In this document: piece after piece, positions 34,891-47,416 of the stretch
How the letters are laid out: every line of letters starts with the position of its first letter
Numbering within the stretch: the stretch's first letter is position 1
NCBI GenBank assembly: GCA_012026655.1
Contig: JAAILG010001848.1
Span: 1-61,191 of the forward strand
Reading direction: 5' to 3'
Source: Hydrolagus affinis
Lineage: Eukaryota
DNA length: 61,191 nucleotides
The notes under the pieces: generated by a model
Database searches by the model: none
Seen by the model: the letters and a program-made list of their open reading frames with translations, nothing else
What the model was told of the DNA's origin: nothing
Made by a program: the position numbers and the translations under genes

Positions 34891-35744
34891 TTTTTCTAAT
34901 TTAGTCACTGTATTGAGGTTTATGTTTATAATTGCTGATATGATCCAAATTGACAAGGGAGCTTTAACCCACATCATTTAATTGCCAGTTCTTAGGAAAT
35001 TTATTGAAAACTGAACACATTTTTTCATAAGACTCGTGTAAATATTTCACATTGCTGGAAATCAGAGTGACTAATTAATCAAAACTCCTACATCATTTAG
35101 GTTCAAACTGTCAGTCTAGTCAACCAAGACCAGTTTGTTGAGGAGACACCTAGAATGGGGCTCTGACTGCAGTAGGAGAATAATCTCACTCTGAGATTCA
35201 GAACAGGAGCATGGCCTTACAATGGTACAATTCAGTACAACTCCACCGTTGCATTTTTATAATGAGGGTCAACAGAAATAGCTGCAATATTTCAAATTAT
35301 CCCATTTCTTTCCAACAAACTGGTCCATTGGCTCCTGTTGGCATCTCCATCACATGTTTTCTTGAAAATATGTCAGAAAGCATGGAATGAAAAAAGCCTA
35401 TTTCACTCAATCTCTCCATGGCTAAGCCAGCCCTTTAACACACTTCATTTCAAATACTCTACCTCCTTGGGGAAGCTTTATATCCATAATCATAGGTATT
35501 CCTTATTGAGGAATCCTATTGATAAATGCTGCAACTTTTATCTAAATTATCCGCATCAATTTTTTTCTGAATGTAGAAGAAATTTATTCTTCATTTAGCG
35601 TCGTTCACATAATTACCAGTGTAGCTTCGTTTAGGAATCCATTCAAAATCAACTATAAGGTTTCTTAGAAGAATATAGGCTTTTGGATTCAGCAGAGAGG
35701 AGAGAAACATGGAATTGAAAAAAAAATATTACGCGTTTGGTCAA

Positions 35745-35915
35745 AAATAATTTGGTCACTCAATCCACGACTGTTTGTGGGACTCTGCTGTGCGTAATTG
35801 GCTGTTGTGTTTTCCCCCACAAAACACAAAAATATCATAGTATATGCTAAGAAGTGCTTTGAGACGTCTCGAAGACATGATAAAGCGCTATATCAAATGC
35901 AAAGATTATTATTAT
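35745..35915 (+). mobile_element. SINE family A, 3' half
   Basis: tttggtcactcaatccacgactgtttgtgggac...gcgctatatcaaatgcaaagattattatt; ends ~30 nt from the exon 10 donor. Confidence 0.85.
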
Positions 35916-35946
35916 GGAGTGTGTCTAGCAGTGCACAAACACACAC

Positions 35947-36117
35947 CTGTTCGCTTGGTTGGAGATTCCTTTGTTGGGGATGTGATAGCTGAAGTGCCAT
36001 CGTCGTGATCGATTATTGTTTCTATTTTGGAAAGAAAGTCCTGCAGCAGCGTTTTGGCCCAGCGCGCCCGGGTCTCCATTGCTGCGCAGTGTTGTTCCCA
36101 GTGTTTGCAGCTGTCAC
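35947..36117 (-). CDS. BLTP3A: BLTP3A exon 10
   Basis: cttgttacAG|(S)DSCKHWEQHCAAMETRARWAKTLLQDFLSKIE...ESPTKRT|GTgtgt; 171 nt. Confidence 0.95.
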
Positions 36118-36559
36118 CTGTAACAAGAGACATTCCACAGCTTCGATAGTTCATTCATCCAACACTGAATCTCATCAAGCATTAAAGCCTTCCGGTCAAA
36201 TTCTAACACATCGTAAACCAACTTTGTGTTGTTTTTTGTTGAAAGCTGCCACTCTCACACCACCCACTGTGGTGAAGGACTAATAATAAAGGACTCGCCC
36301 TCACATCATTCTTATACATGGGACGTAGCAAAGATATAGGGGGTGAAATCCCACTCGCGTGCAGTTTTATTGTATTTTGTTAGAATTTCAGAGAGCGCAG
36401 AATTTTTCAGATTCTTAAATAAAATCTTAATTGTGAAGCCATCTGAAAGTTCTTTTAAAAATGATGGAAAACTGACTTCAACACTAAGACTGAACTCAAC
36501 AATTCAGCAGATTCTGGATGCTGGGAAGCGGTAAAGAAAAATAGACCCACGTGGAATTT

Positions 36560-38090
36560 CTCCCCTTAATCTCTTCCAATTGCTTTGTCAAATCTTTGAA
36601 ATCACCTTCTATGAAACACACCGCCTGCTCCCTTGACTCCATAACCACCTCTCTCCTTACCTGCCAGCTCCACCTCCTCACCCCTTTACTCTCTGACACC
36701 ATCAATCTCTCCCTTTCGTCCATCTAAAAACAGCTTCAATCAACCCTATTCTGAAAAATCCTTCCTTGGACCCATCCCTGCCTTCTAACTATCGGCCCAT
36801 CTCCAAACTCCTTTTTTTTTCTTTTGTGCTGCTCACAGCACAGAAACTTCTCACCGATTAAAGTGACAAACAAAATGTTGTCCATTTGTGACCTTTGATA
36901 CCGTGGACTCCATCCTACTCCACTGCCTCTCCTCTCACCTCTACCTTCAAGGTTCTGTCCTTGACTGGTTCACGTCCTACCTCTCACACTTTGTCTCCGC
37001 CAATGGTTTCTCTTCCAGCCCCCACACCAATTTGTGCTGTATCCTCGGTTCCCTCCTCTTCAATCTCTACGTGCTCACTCTTGGTGACATCATCCGCAGA
37101 GATGGGGTCAACTTCCACATATATGCAGATAACACACAACTCTATCGCTATTCAGGACAATCGACGGCCTGACAGGCTATCTATCTGATGCTAAGTCGTG
37201 GATGAGAGCTAACTTTCTACAGATGAATGTCAGCAAGTCTGATTGGCTTGCATCAGCGCCTCAGCACCTCAGGCACTGCCAGCACCAAGATCCACGGTTG
37301 CACAGTCCAACTCACCAAGTCAATTAAGAAACTGGGCATCTTGTTGACCCTCAACTGTCCTTTCTCCCCCATATCCCTGCCATGACCTTCACAACATTGC
37401 CTTCCTCCACCTTCACAACATTGCCCGACTCCGCCACTGCCTCACTCCTCAGGCCGTCGAAACTCTCATACATGCATTCATTACCTCAAGACCCAACTAT
37501 GGAAATTCCCTCCTTGTCAGCCTCCACAAACTACAGATCATCCAGAACTCTGCAGCTCGTGTCCTCTCTCACACCAGACTCCGTATGCCCATCACCCCCA
37601 CCCTTGTCCATCTCCACTGGCTCCCCATTGCTCAAAGGATCGAATTGAAGATCCTTGTCCTCACTTTCAAGCCCCTCTACAGTCTTTCCCCTTCCTACCT
37701 CTCTGACCTGCTGACCCCCAATCAACCAGGGTGCTTCTGCTGCAGGCCTCCCACCCGACCCGTCTTATCAGCAGTAGCCGGGGTTTCAGTCTCTCTGCAC
37801 CCACTCTTTGGAACTTCCATCCCACAATCCCTTTGCCTCTTTCCAGGCACGACTTAAGACTCTCCTTTTTGACCGTGCCTTCAGCCGTCTTCCCCAACTT
37901 CTCTACCTTCCTTCATCCCAACCCTGCCCTCCACGCTCAGGTCCTGATCCCTGACTATCACAATAATAATAATCCTTACATTTATATAGCGCTTTCCACA
38001 TCTTATCGAAGTCTCAAAGCGCTGTTCAGAGTCTTGGGACATCTTCCCAATGTGAAAGACACTTTATAAAAGTATTTTTGTTGTTGTTTG
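36560..38090 (+). mobile_element. Longest L2 LINE remnant (degraded reverse transcriptase and 3' end)
   Basis: Frame-broken RT motifs FDTVDSILL...GSVLDWFTSYLS...ILGSLLFNLY...GVNFHIYADNTQLY, then LHWLPIAQRIELKILVLTFK; tail at 38030-38090, with a short antisense SINE tail inserted at ~37960-38022. Confidence 0.9.
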
Positions 38091-38094
38091 TGTC

Positions 38095-38520
38095 TCAGCC
38101 TGACTCAGTTAGTAACGCTCTCTCCTCTGAGTCAGGAGGTTTTGTGTTCAAGCCCCAGATCAGGACTTGAGAGCCCTATAGACACAGCTGGCACTCCAGT
38201 TGGGACTGTGCTGTATTGTTGGGAGCTTTGGATGAGACATTAAACCAAGGTCCTGTCTGCTTATTCAGATGTTGCAGATCTCATGGCACCATTTTAAAAG
38301 AGGAGTTTCTCTCTCCCAGTGTCCTGTCCAGTAATCCCCAAATAAAATTGATCATTCACTCCATGGCTGTTTACGGGATATTGCTATGTGCAAATTGCTG
38401 TCTCATTCACTCACAAATTACACATTCACTTGACTTCACAGCACATTGTGTGCAGCGCTTTACAACATTTTGCTGATGTGAAAGTTACTATGGCAAATAT
38501 AGGGATAATTATTATTATTA
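38095..38520 (+). mobile_element. Deu-domain SINE (SacSINE1-like), near full length
   Basis: tgactcagttagtaacgctctctcctctgagtcaggaggttttgtgttcaagccc head; gatgagacattaaaccaaggtcctgtctgc Deu core; ATT tail. Confidence 0.8.
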
Positions 38521-38563
38521 TCCAATCTCCTACACAGGTTAGAGGTCCTTGGGACTCACGTAC

Positions 38564-38650
38564 TTGCCCAGTGGAACGGGTAACAATCCATACTCAGTTT
38601 TTTGAATGTTATCTGCATGGCGCCTCCAGTCACCCGATGTTTTGATTTCC
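38564..38650 (-). CDS. BLTP3A: BLTP3A exon 9
   Basis: gccatgtAG|(G)KSKHRVTGGAMQITFKKLSMDCYPFHWA|GTacgt; 87 nt, phase 1 to 1. Confidence 0.92.
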
Positions 38651-39792
38651 CTACATGGCATATGGGAGAGAACAATTAAGACAGAATTGAAAATAATTGT
38701 CCAGTGCACTCACTACACACCGAGGGGGAGCAAACCGCTTTAAGTCCAGGTCGCTATGATTATTTTTATTACCCAAGTGTAATGCATAATTTGGAACATA
38801 GGAATGGGAAGAGGCTATTCAGACAATCCACACCATTTCTTAAAAGCCTGTAATCTAATATTTTAATAAGAGGAGCACCCTTGTTATAATGCGCTGTTTT
38901 GAGTTCATAAACCCAAACGTTACAAGGTACAAGAGGGCCCCAACTCACATTGGCTGCTGCAATGTCACTTCCTGTGAGCTGCACATGCACACACAGCATG
39001 CAGGAAAGGCAGCTAACACCACATCCTGAAAATATGTCCGATATTGATCTGCGCCTGCACAGGAAACCGCACTCACAATATCCAAACTGGCACAATAGTG
39101 AGGTGTATTACAAAAGCGGCAGAAAGCCTCACAAGTACCAGTGTTAAAGTTTCCTTGTTCTCCCCGATTGAGTAGAATACTATAAACTTTATGTAAAATG
39201 GGATTTAAATGGGCTGAATTCCTTTTTGTGGAGCATTAGTCTTTATCCTCCAGAATCCTCATGTTGTTTGTGTGGCTTCATTAGTTTTATTGTAAAATTT
39301 CAAACAGAAGGAAATTGTGTTTTATCAATTGCTGGTCATTGAAACAAACAGGCATTTCTGAATGAAAAAAGGTGAAGAAAAACTACAATTTAAAAGTGGT
39401 AAGAGGTTTCTGGAGAGAAAATACTTTTAAAGGATACGTAAAGCATAAACTACAATGGTATAGGTAAAGGACAGGTAAATAGGACTGAAAAGATTGATCT
39501 AAACAGAGCCATGCACAGGCACCATGGACTTCCTCTATGTTGTGAGTTTCTATGGTTTATACGGTGAGAGGCCAGCTGGGCTAAGAGCCACCAATATAAA
39601 ATGTAAGTATTTTATACTTATATTCTTACGAGTCTCAGATGGAATGAGCATTCACTTCTCCTCCCACCCTAACACCAATCTTGGCAAATTGCTGTATTAT
39701 CGGGAACCCACGGGTAGTTTACTGACCTCACTGACTTTGTAAATGAGACTGAAGATTACATTGAGCTGGTCGCTGGTCAAGTATGTCAGTAC

Positions 39793-39970
39793 CTTGTTCG
39801 TTTGAGTCACCATCGTCACAGATGTGCAAGTCCAAGCGGGAGATGGTGCTGTGATAGGAAGATTCCTTCACATCATGTGACTCAAAGTACTGACTGATGC
39901 TCTTGGAGCTGCTGCTTGTTGACGATGGATGTGCTCGTGTTTGCTGGGCGCTGGGCGCTGGTCCGCTCGT
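39793..39970 (-). CDS. BLTP3A: BLTP3A exon 8
   Basis: tgttttacAG|TSGPAPSAQQ...SISQYFESHDVKESSYHSTISRLDLHICDDGDSNEQ|GTactg; 178 nt. Confidence 0.95.
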
Positions 39971-41239
39971 CTGTAAAACACAGCATTTGTGATAAAGAGC
40001 AAATCAGCGTCTTGCGACGTCCTCCTGATGTGAAAGGCATTATACTAGTGTCATTTTGTTGTTGTCATAAATCGCAGGGTCAATCCAGATAAAACACAGT
40101 AACAATAAACTTTAAGTAGAACTAGAATGAACCGAAATCTTCTGACTGATACTGTATTGTAATCATGTAACCGCTTTAGCAGTTACCACCGCACTGTTAT
40201 ATATAAATAGTATAGTGTGGTTTAGTTGTGCTGTCGGGCTGTACAGTGTCTGGTCAGGCTACACCGTGGACAATGCTCACAGTGGTCACTGTGACATAAA
40301 GGGCTGCCCAGGAAATAGAGACAGTGCAGATGAGAGCAACGAGAATGATCCTCAGTGTGAGAGGAATGAGCTGTGAGCAACGATAAGCTGGGATTCTTCA
40401 GTCTTGAAAGGAAGTTTCTCAGAGACAACCTTCTAGAAGAGAGGGAACAGAGGACAAGGCGGAGGAAGAGTGATAAAGAACGTCAGCCATATCCGCGACT
40501 CTGGATTGCAGCTATTGGGACGTCCTCCCGACGTGAAAGGTGTTCTACAGATACAATTTTGTTGTTGTTTTTGCCTGCTGGAAAGTCCATGCATAGCCAT
40601 GTGTATGTGGGAGGGGCGCGGGGAGTTGGGGAGAAAGTAGAAAGTAGAGGAACAGCTGGCTGACATTCACCCTCTAGGTTCACAGACCGGGAAAGGTATC
40701 AGAGAGCTGCCAACGCTGGGAGAACAGATTCTCAACTGAGGCCTTCCCGTTTTCCCAAACTGTTGTGCAATGTTTCTGCTGAACATTCAAATTCACTTCC
40801 AAATCTTCAGCTATTAAGCCCCTGCCTTCTGAACTCTGTACTCTACCCGTCCACAGAACCCCCACCCTCCCCACTATCCATTTGTCTTTAATTCCCACCT
40901 AAAGATGACCATGGCTATGATCACCTCTCACTATCCCCCTCACTCTTCTCCCTCGCTCAGCATCCGGCATGAAGAGCTCTCGGGTATTATCTACTGTAAC
41001 TACGTTATCTACATATAAATACAAGGTGCTGTTGTTTACAACTTTAACCCAATGCTACAAAATCAAGTCTCACTCGAGCACGGCACTGCTTGGTTTCCCT
41101 GGTGATACCGCCTACACGATACCAAGTGATTCAAGATGAATCGCTCTGTATTTCATCTCTTGCGAGATGAACAATTTGGCTGCAAAAACCCTGTTGTGTA
41201 GCAAATGACATCACATTGCTGAGTGTAACAGGTACTGAC

Positions 41240-41410
41240 CCCTGCTGTGTCGGGCACCATGCTCTTCCGCTGCTTGGCTGAGTTCTCCATGGCTTCACTC
41301 AGTGACTGTGCGTATTTGATCATTGCTTTCAGTTGCGAGTCTGTTAACACCCACAGTAAATCGTCCAAAATGAACATCAGCTTTGAAGCCACCACATTGC
41401 AGTCTTTCAC
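41240..41410 (-). CDS. BLTP3A: BLTP3A exon 7
   Basis: ttttctcAG|VKDCNVVASKLMFILDDLLWVLTDSQLKAMIKYAQSLSEAMENSAKQRKSMVPDTAG|GTcagt; 171 nt. Confidence 0.96.
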
Positions 41411-42165
41411 CTGAGAAAACAAGGTTTGTGTTTAGAAACGCACACAGTTCCTTTCGGTGAATTTTCTCTACATCATTTCACGTTTGGGACACGATGTTTA
41501 GTGGGGGGCGGTTTATATTTCACACGCATGGTTATTAAAAACCCATTTGCCCTCCACCAACCATCCCTCTGCTTCTCGGTCTCCAATTCCTATCACAGTG
41601 ACAATTCTTACGACAGGACCACTCTGGTCTGGTACTCTGCTGAGTTGTTGCCATATACTGGCAAACAAATAGGAACTCAAAACAGATGTGGTTACGTTAG
41701 CTCTTCCTGCACCTCTCCTCTCTCTGGGCTGTACTCAACTCATACCGACCATGGAATTCCAAGAGGTTCCATCCTTCAGGTGAGATGTTAGATCTGAGAT
41801 CCCATTTGCCCATTCAGATGATTGCTAAAGTTCCTGTACCATGCTTTTCCAGAAGAATGGGGACTTTGTTCTGGTCTCCTCCAGATTAATTGGTCCTTCA
41901 GTTCCAGGCCACCGCACACCCTCTCAGCCTCCCAGCTCTATCCCAGTCTGTCCAACACCTCCTCACCTTGTCCCAGAGACAACCAGGGTAAGTGATACAA
42001 CCAGCAAATACAGACCGAACACTTGGGTAATCCTTTAGCCTTGTCACAATGATGGGCATCAAGTGAAACCCCTGCTCATCTCAGCCAGTCTCAACCCTAG
42101 AGAGATGACTCTTATTATACATATCTGACAACAGCAGTAATTTGACAATACTGCTGGATACTTAC

Positions 42166-42303
42166 TCTCCTCTTGAGAACCAGTCTGATTTTGGACTGGT
42201 TGGTGATTAGGCGTAACGGTGTGCTGAGAGAGCTCTGATCACTGTGAATGGCGTCGGCCTCAATACGGAGTGTCTGCCAGGTTATTTCCTTAAAGGTTAA
42301 AAC
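42166..42303 (-). CDS. BLTP3A: BLTP3A exon 6
   Basis: ttattgtcAG|VLTFKEITWQTLRIEADAIHSDQSSLSTPLRLITNQSKIRLVLKRR|GTaagt; 138 nt. Confidence 0.96.
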
Positions 42304-43419
42304 CTGACAATAAAAAACATTTCAGAGAATTTCTTTAGACTTTGTTCTTCAGACTCATTCCCAGACCACTGACAAAATAAAGTCAAGTTAACACATGAAC
42401 CGTGAAATGTGGTCCAATTACTTGACTTGGCGAACTTCCTGGACATTATTTAATAATTTTACAATAAATGGAGGCTCCTGGCTAGATCTAGATATTCAAT
42501 GAACTCATGGTTTCTGTTACACTACATGAAGTTTTAATGAGAAAGAATGAGTGACAGAAAATATGTTGTAACTAATTGCCATTTATAGGTGTATACTGTA
42601 CCTTGGCTATGCTTGTATATGAACCCTCACACATATTCCCCATGTCTACTGCACTGTTCAAGCATTAGAACAGCATAGCACAAGTTAGCGGAAAAATACA
42701 CAATTGCTCTGAAGGGCCAAGCCTGTATTATTGGAACATGTCCTCTCTGTGACAAATGGCTCCAGATATAATGAGCTTCGCGGTCTCCAAGTAGTTTATA
42801 TTTGGGATGAGAACTTAGTGAAAAACTGTCCTGGATACAGTATTAATTAGCATCTCTCACTCACAGAAACCACAAAATAATTGACGAGGAAGATGGAACG
42901 GTCACTAAGGTTGTGCTCTGGGTGCTCACGTCCATTGTTGGGAGCAAAGTGGAAAAGCTTTACTCTGTATTGAACCAGCACTGAGCTTGAGGGACAAATA
43001 GAATTGCTGCCAAAATAGACACTTGTATTTTGATCCCAATTATCCACCATGGACACCGTTAACGAAGCCAAGCAAATTACCTTTCCTTGGAGTGAGCTAA
43101 ACTACTTTTTTTAGACAGTGCTTCAGTTTTGAAAAGGTCACTTGAGGACTGTTTGCTTATCAGCATCTGATATGCTTATAGAATTGTAGGCACTGCTATA
43201 ATTTATTTAACAAAAGACAAACGGGGGATTATTCATCAAAACAGACCAACTCAGAAGAGAGGAGACAAAACAGATTGGATTAAATTGCTAAACACACGTG
43301 TCTGGTGGGGGATGGGGCTGTGAAATGGAGGCAAGTTATGTCAGGAAATTGAAGAGATTTAATTAGTCCACTATCTGGTGAACAAGCTGAATGATGTTTA
43401 TGAGAAATTGAGTGCAGGA

Positions 43420-43715
43420 TTAGTGCTGTAACATATTGGTTATAGCACTCTCCTCCAAAGCAAGAGAACCCGTGTTCAATTTCCAGGCAGGACGAAATGT
43501 TGGGCAAATTTCCTTACTCCATAAACCTCTGGTGACCCAGCACTAAGTTGGAACCCGGTTCTTAGTTGATTGTTGGATTGATTTCTGGGACTTATACTCC
43601 CTTCAAAAAGAAAAATAATACTTTGGTCACTCAATCCCAAGCTGTTTGTGGCACACTGCTGTGCGCAATTGGCTGCCGCGTTTCGCTCACAAAATATACA
43701 GTCAATTCATTTTGA
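43420..43715 (+). mobile_element. SINE family A, long variant, 3' truncated
   Basis: Head gcactctcctccaaagcaagagaacccgtgttcaatttcc; extra segment ctctggtgacccagcactaagttggaacccgg; Deu 3' part. Confidence 0.8.
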
Positions 43716-44494
43716 AGGTGCTGCTGACAAACATGTGAATGTTCCTGTGCCACAGACAGGATGAATCCAATGGCCTTCCTCAGTATTGCAAATCTCTATG
43801 ACTCTAGTGATTGAGGAGCTAGAATTCATATTTTATGCACATCCGCACATATCATTTCCTAATTTCCTGTGTCTTTTGCAAATATACACAGTTACAATCT
43901 ATGTAGTGCTGTAAAATTTTCTCAATGTGACCATCTGCCACCTGTCCGCTTTGAGACATGTTGACAACATGATAGGGCACTCTATCAAATGCAAGGGTTA
44001 TTATTATTATTAAATTGTTTATAAGCACATGGTATAAACACATAAATCACCAGGCACTAGAAGGAAATGTGGATCTCATTTGCCAGGAAAAACAAACAAG
44101 ACTGAGGCTACACATGATCACAGTTGTATTAACACTCAGGACATTTTCGAATAATTTCACGGGTGGGATTACCACAAGAACATTTTTATTAAAATATTAA
44201 ATTTAGAACGTGTGGAAAAATGTCATTTATTATAAAACACAGTTGAATGGTCTGCCAACAAGGCTGCTAACCTTAGATACCTCCAGCACCTGACACTGAA
44301 TGGTTGGTTAATAAATCCCAGGAAAGTCTTATAGAAGAGATATGATGGGAGGGAAAACAGATCTCAGCCATTATCCTGGTTAGCTGTCAGATGAAGATCT
44401 TGTTTACAGTGTGGTCTATACAGTCAATTTTCCTACTCTCCTTCATCCTGCTCTAACCCCTCCCCCACTGCTCTTGTCCCTACCTGACTGTACA

Positions 44495-44744
44495 NNNNNN
44501 NNNNNNNNNNNNNNNNNNNNNNNNNNNNNNNNNNNNNNNNNNNNNNNNNNNNNNNNNNNNNNNNNNNNNNNNNNNNNNNNNNNNNNNNNNNNNNNNNNNN
44601 NNNNNNNNNNNNNNNNNNNNNNNNNNNNNNNNNNNNNNNNNNNNNNNNNNNNNNNNNNNNNNNNNNNNNNNNNNNNNNNNNNNNNNNNNNNNNNNNNNNN
44701 NNNNNNNNNNNNNNNNNNNNNNNNNNNNNNNNNNNNNNNNNNNN
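44495..44744. other. Assembly gap (250 N)
   Basis: Run of N in intron 5. Confidence 1.
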
Positions 44745-45343
44745 CTCAGCATCTTGGAGACAAAGTTCACGGAATCTGATACTGGTCTGGTTCAGATCTG
44801 TGATCTCTAACAGCGCATAGAATCTCAATAAAATAAGCTTTACTATAATGCAATTTTTCTGATAGCACAATGTTTATTGCACAATGTGCATCCTGACATT
44901 CACTTATCAAGAATACAATACAATTTACATTTATTTAGTGCCTTTCACATCAGGAGGGACGGATCAAAGAGCTTGATATGGCTAAAAATCCCAAATGTCA
45001 GTTGACAATCTTGCTTCAAAATACTGGCTGGATTTTTGTATTTTGAAATGGTCAATTTCTAGGTCAACAGCTCACCACAGGAAATGATGTTGGCGGCCAC
45101 CTGACGAGCTCGAAGGCAGCCATCGTTTGCAGCCCACAAAAGCCGTCTGCCATTTTCAAGAGAAACAGAATTCAGCACACACGAGCTGCGAACACAGGAG
45201 GTCTGACTCGCGACCGTACCCCCTCATAACTCTGTTTGAGATTTTATGAACCCAAAATACCATGTCTCCATAGGGTTCAATGGTACAAAGCACAAGCACA
45301 AACTCACAGGTTACAATCAGTAAAATGTTTTAAAGTTCCATAC

Positions 45344-45533
45344 CTCTCCTCGCTCTGAATCCGCGATTCTGGTGAAGCGGAGATCACTCTGCTGCCACTT
45401 GGGATTCACACTGTAGCCGTGCAGTTGCCACAGTTCGAAGGAAGCATTGAATGCTTTGGCCTGGATTTTAATGACAATCGAGTTCACCACAATGGACATT
45501 CCCTCCACCACCTTCTCAGCAAAGCCATATTCA
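45344..45533 (-). CDS. BLTP3A: BLTP3A exon 5
   Basis: gtttgcAG|(S)EYGFAEKVVEGMSIVVNSIVIKIQAKAFNASFELWQLHGYSVNPKWQQSDLRFTRIADSERGE|GTatgg; 190 nt. Confidence 0.97.
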
Positions 45534-45689
45534 CTGCAAACGTCAAGAACACAACACATTTTAGCAGTGTACCCTCCATATGATGTTCGGGATCACTCGG
45601 TAACTATAATATAAAAAACTCCTGGAAGACAATGATAATTATTTCTCTATGAATGTCTGTCTGTTGGTTGCACCAGAAACTTATCCATA

Positions 45690-46023
45690 GTGGAGCTCCT
45701 GTAGCTCAGTGGTTAGAGCACTCGCTTTGCAAGCATAAGACCTGTATTCGAATCCAGGCAGGTCAGGGTGAAACCTTGGGCAAGTTTCCTTATTGCACAC
45801 GCCTACTAATAATCCCTCCAAAAAAACCACAATAATAAAAATTGGTCATTTTCAAACCATGACTGTTTGTGGGACACTGCTGTGCGCAATTGGCTGCCAT
45901 GTTTCGTCCACAAATATACAGTCAATTCACTTTACAGTATTTTCTGTGAAGCGCTTTGAGACGTTAATAAGATGTGAAAAGCGCTACATCAAAAGTAAGG
46001 ATTATTATGATTATTATTATTAT
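45690..46023 (+). mobile_element. SINE family A, full-length short variant
   Basis: ggagctcctgtagctcagtggttagagcactcgctttgcaagc...ttcgaatcc...Deu 3' part...(ATT)n. Confidence 0.92.
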
Positions 46024-46128
46024 AGAATCAGTCCCACCATTGTTCCTGGTTGGATCCACAAAGATTTTCTTTCCAATCGAAATTGTGAATTTCGATAGAC
46101 TTCTAGACTAGACGTCTAATACTAAGTA

Positions 46129-46331
46129 CACTAAAAGCCCGATCAACCGTAACTTCCGTATAACCAGCACCTCAAAAAAAAGGTCCCCATTCGATTAACC
46201 GGAATTTATCCAGCACAATGTACTATTATTTTTTTAATTAATTTTTTTTGTGTGTTCAGCCGAATATCCAGTATGTGCTTTAACCGGCATTGGCCAGGTC
46301 CCATGGGTGCCGGATAAACGGGCTTTTACTG
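46129..46331. mobile_element. Tc1/mariner (Tigger/pogo-like) MITE
   Basis: TA|cactaaaagcccgatcaaccg ... cggataaacgggcttttactg|TA; CAGT-type TIR (one mismatch at left) and TA duplication. Confidence 0.8.
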
Positions 46332-46377
46332 TAGATTAATTTTATTAAATAGCATATGGAAGAGTTCCCAATTAAAA

Positions 46378-46990
46378 AACAACAACTTGCATTTAACTAG
46401 AGCCTTTCACATAAGAGTAACATCTCAGAGTGTTTTATACTGACTTCATCGGAGAAGAGAGGAGCAACAGGGAGATGACCATGCACCTGGCTGAAAAGGT
46501 AGATTTTTTTAGGAAACCAATTTTTTTTGAAAACCAAAAGAAGTGGGTGAGACTGCGGGTTTGAGGGAGGGAATTCCAGAGGATGGGAGCATCATGGCTG
46601 AAAGTTTGGCAATGATGGTGGAGAGGACGGGATGGAGGACATACAGAAGGCATGAGTTTCTCGATCAGAGGGAGTGAGCAGACGATTTAGGTAGGGACAT
46701 CTAGAACATCTAGGTAGGGATGTGTGACCGCATGAAGGTATTTATAGGTGAAGGCAAGGATCCTAAAGTCAAACTATTAGAACAGACAGTGCCGAGGAGG
46801 ATAACCGTGATTAGCATTTGAAGTTTCATGTATGGAGGCGGCAGAATTTTGAATTACTTGAAGGTGGTGGAGCTGGGGAGATTGGCAAAGACAGCATTTC
46901 AAACGGGAAGTCTGAAAGTTACAAAGGCATTGATGAGGGTTTGTCGGTGTTGGGTATGAGATAGTCAGGGGCAGGTGATGTAGTGAATGC
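46378..46990 (-). mobile_element. Degraded L2 LINE 3' fragment
   Basis: Tail aacaacttgcatttaactagagcc; TFSHDAPILWNSLPQ and LQVIQNSAA motifs on minus. Confidence 0.75.
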
Positions 46991-47416
46991 AAATTAGTGT
47001 CTTCTAAATGACTCAGCTTTTTAATTTCCACATCTTCAAGCTTATTTTTGACAAATCACAGAATCTATTGTAAAAAATTGTGCTGTAACTTGTTGCCACA
47101 TAATTACTACAACTGGGGCTTCAAGGATGCCAAAAATGTCAGGTATAATTACAGGAACTTCAGAGAGTGTGTTACTCATGAGAATGCTGGAATCATGCAG
47201 CACACAGCAGGATGAAGATCAGTTTGAATACCACTGTTTTAGAAGAATATTTGGCTGAAATAATTATTAGGTTTTAAGGCAATTGCACCAGTGTTTTTAA
47301 TGAACGTTCTAGGTACAATTCATCAGACATAATAGGCCTGAAATTTCACCTAGTTTTAGCTATTAAGGTATTTTTATCTTAAAATGCAGCACAATGCAGA
47401 ATTGTGGAAAACAATT

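Noticed and set aside
36888-37857. Reverse-transcriptase-like ORFs as an active or domesticated gene
   Set aside because: Frameshifted, internally deleted L2 remnant; YADD appears as YADN
44411-44870. ORFs of 96-145 aa in the track (also the X-rich ORFs at 31625-32044)
   Set aside because: Artefacts of translating through N gaps
45697-45770. tRNA-like sequence as a real tRNA gene (also 21160, 51320, 60800)
   Set aside because: Continues into SINE body and tail, has no good acceptor stem or poly-T terminator, and copies diverge from each other
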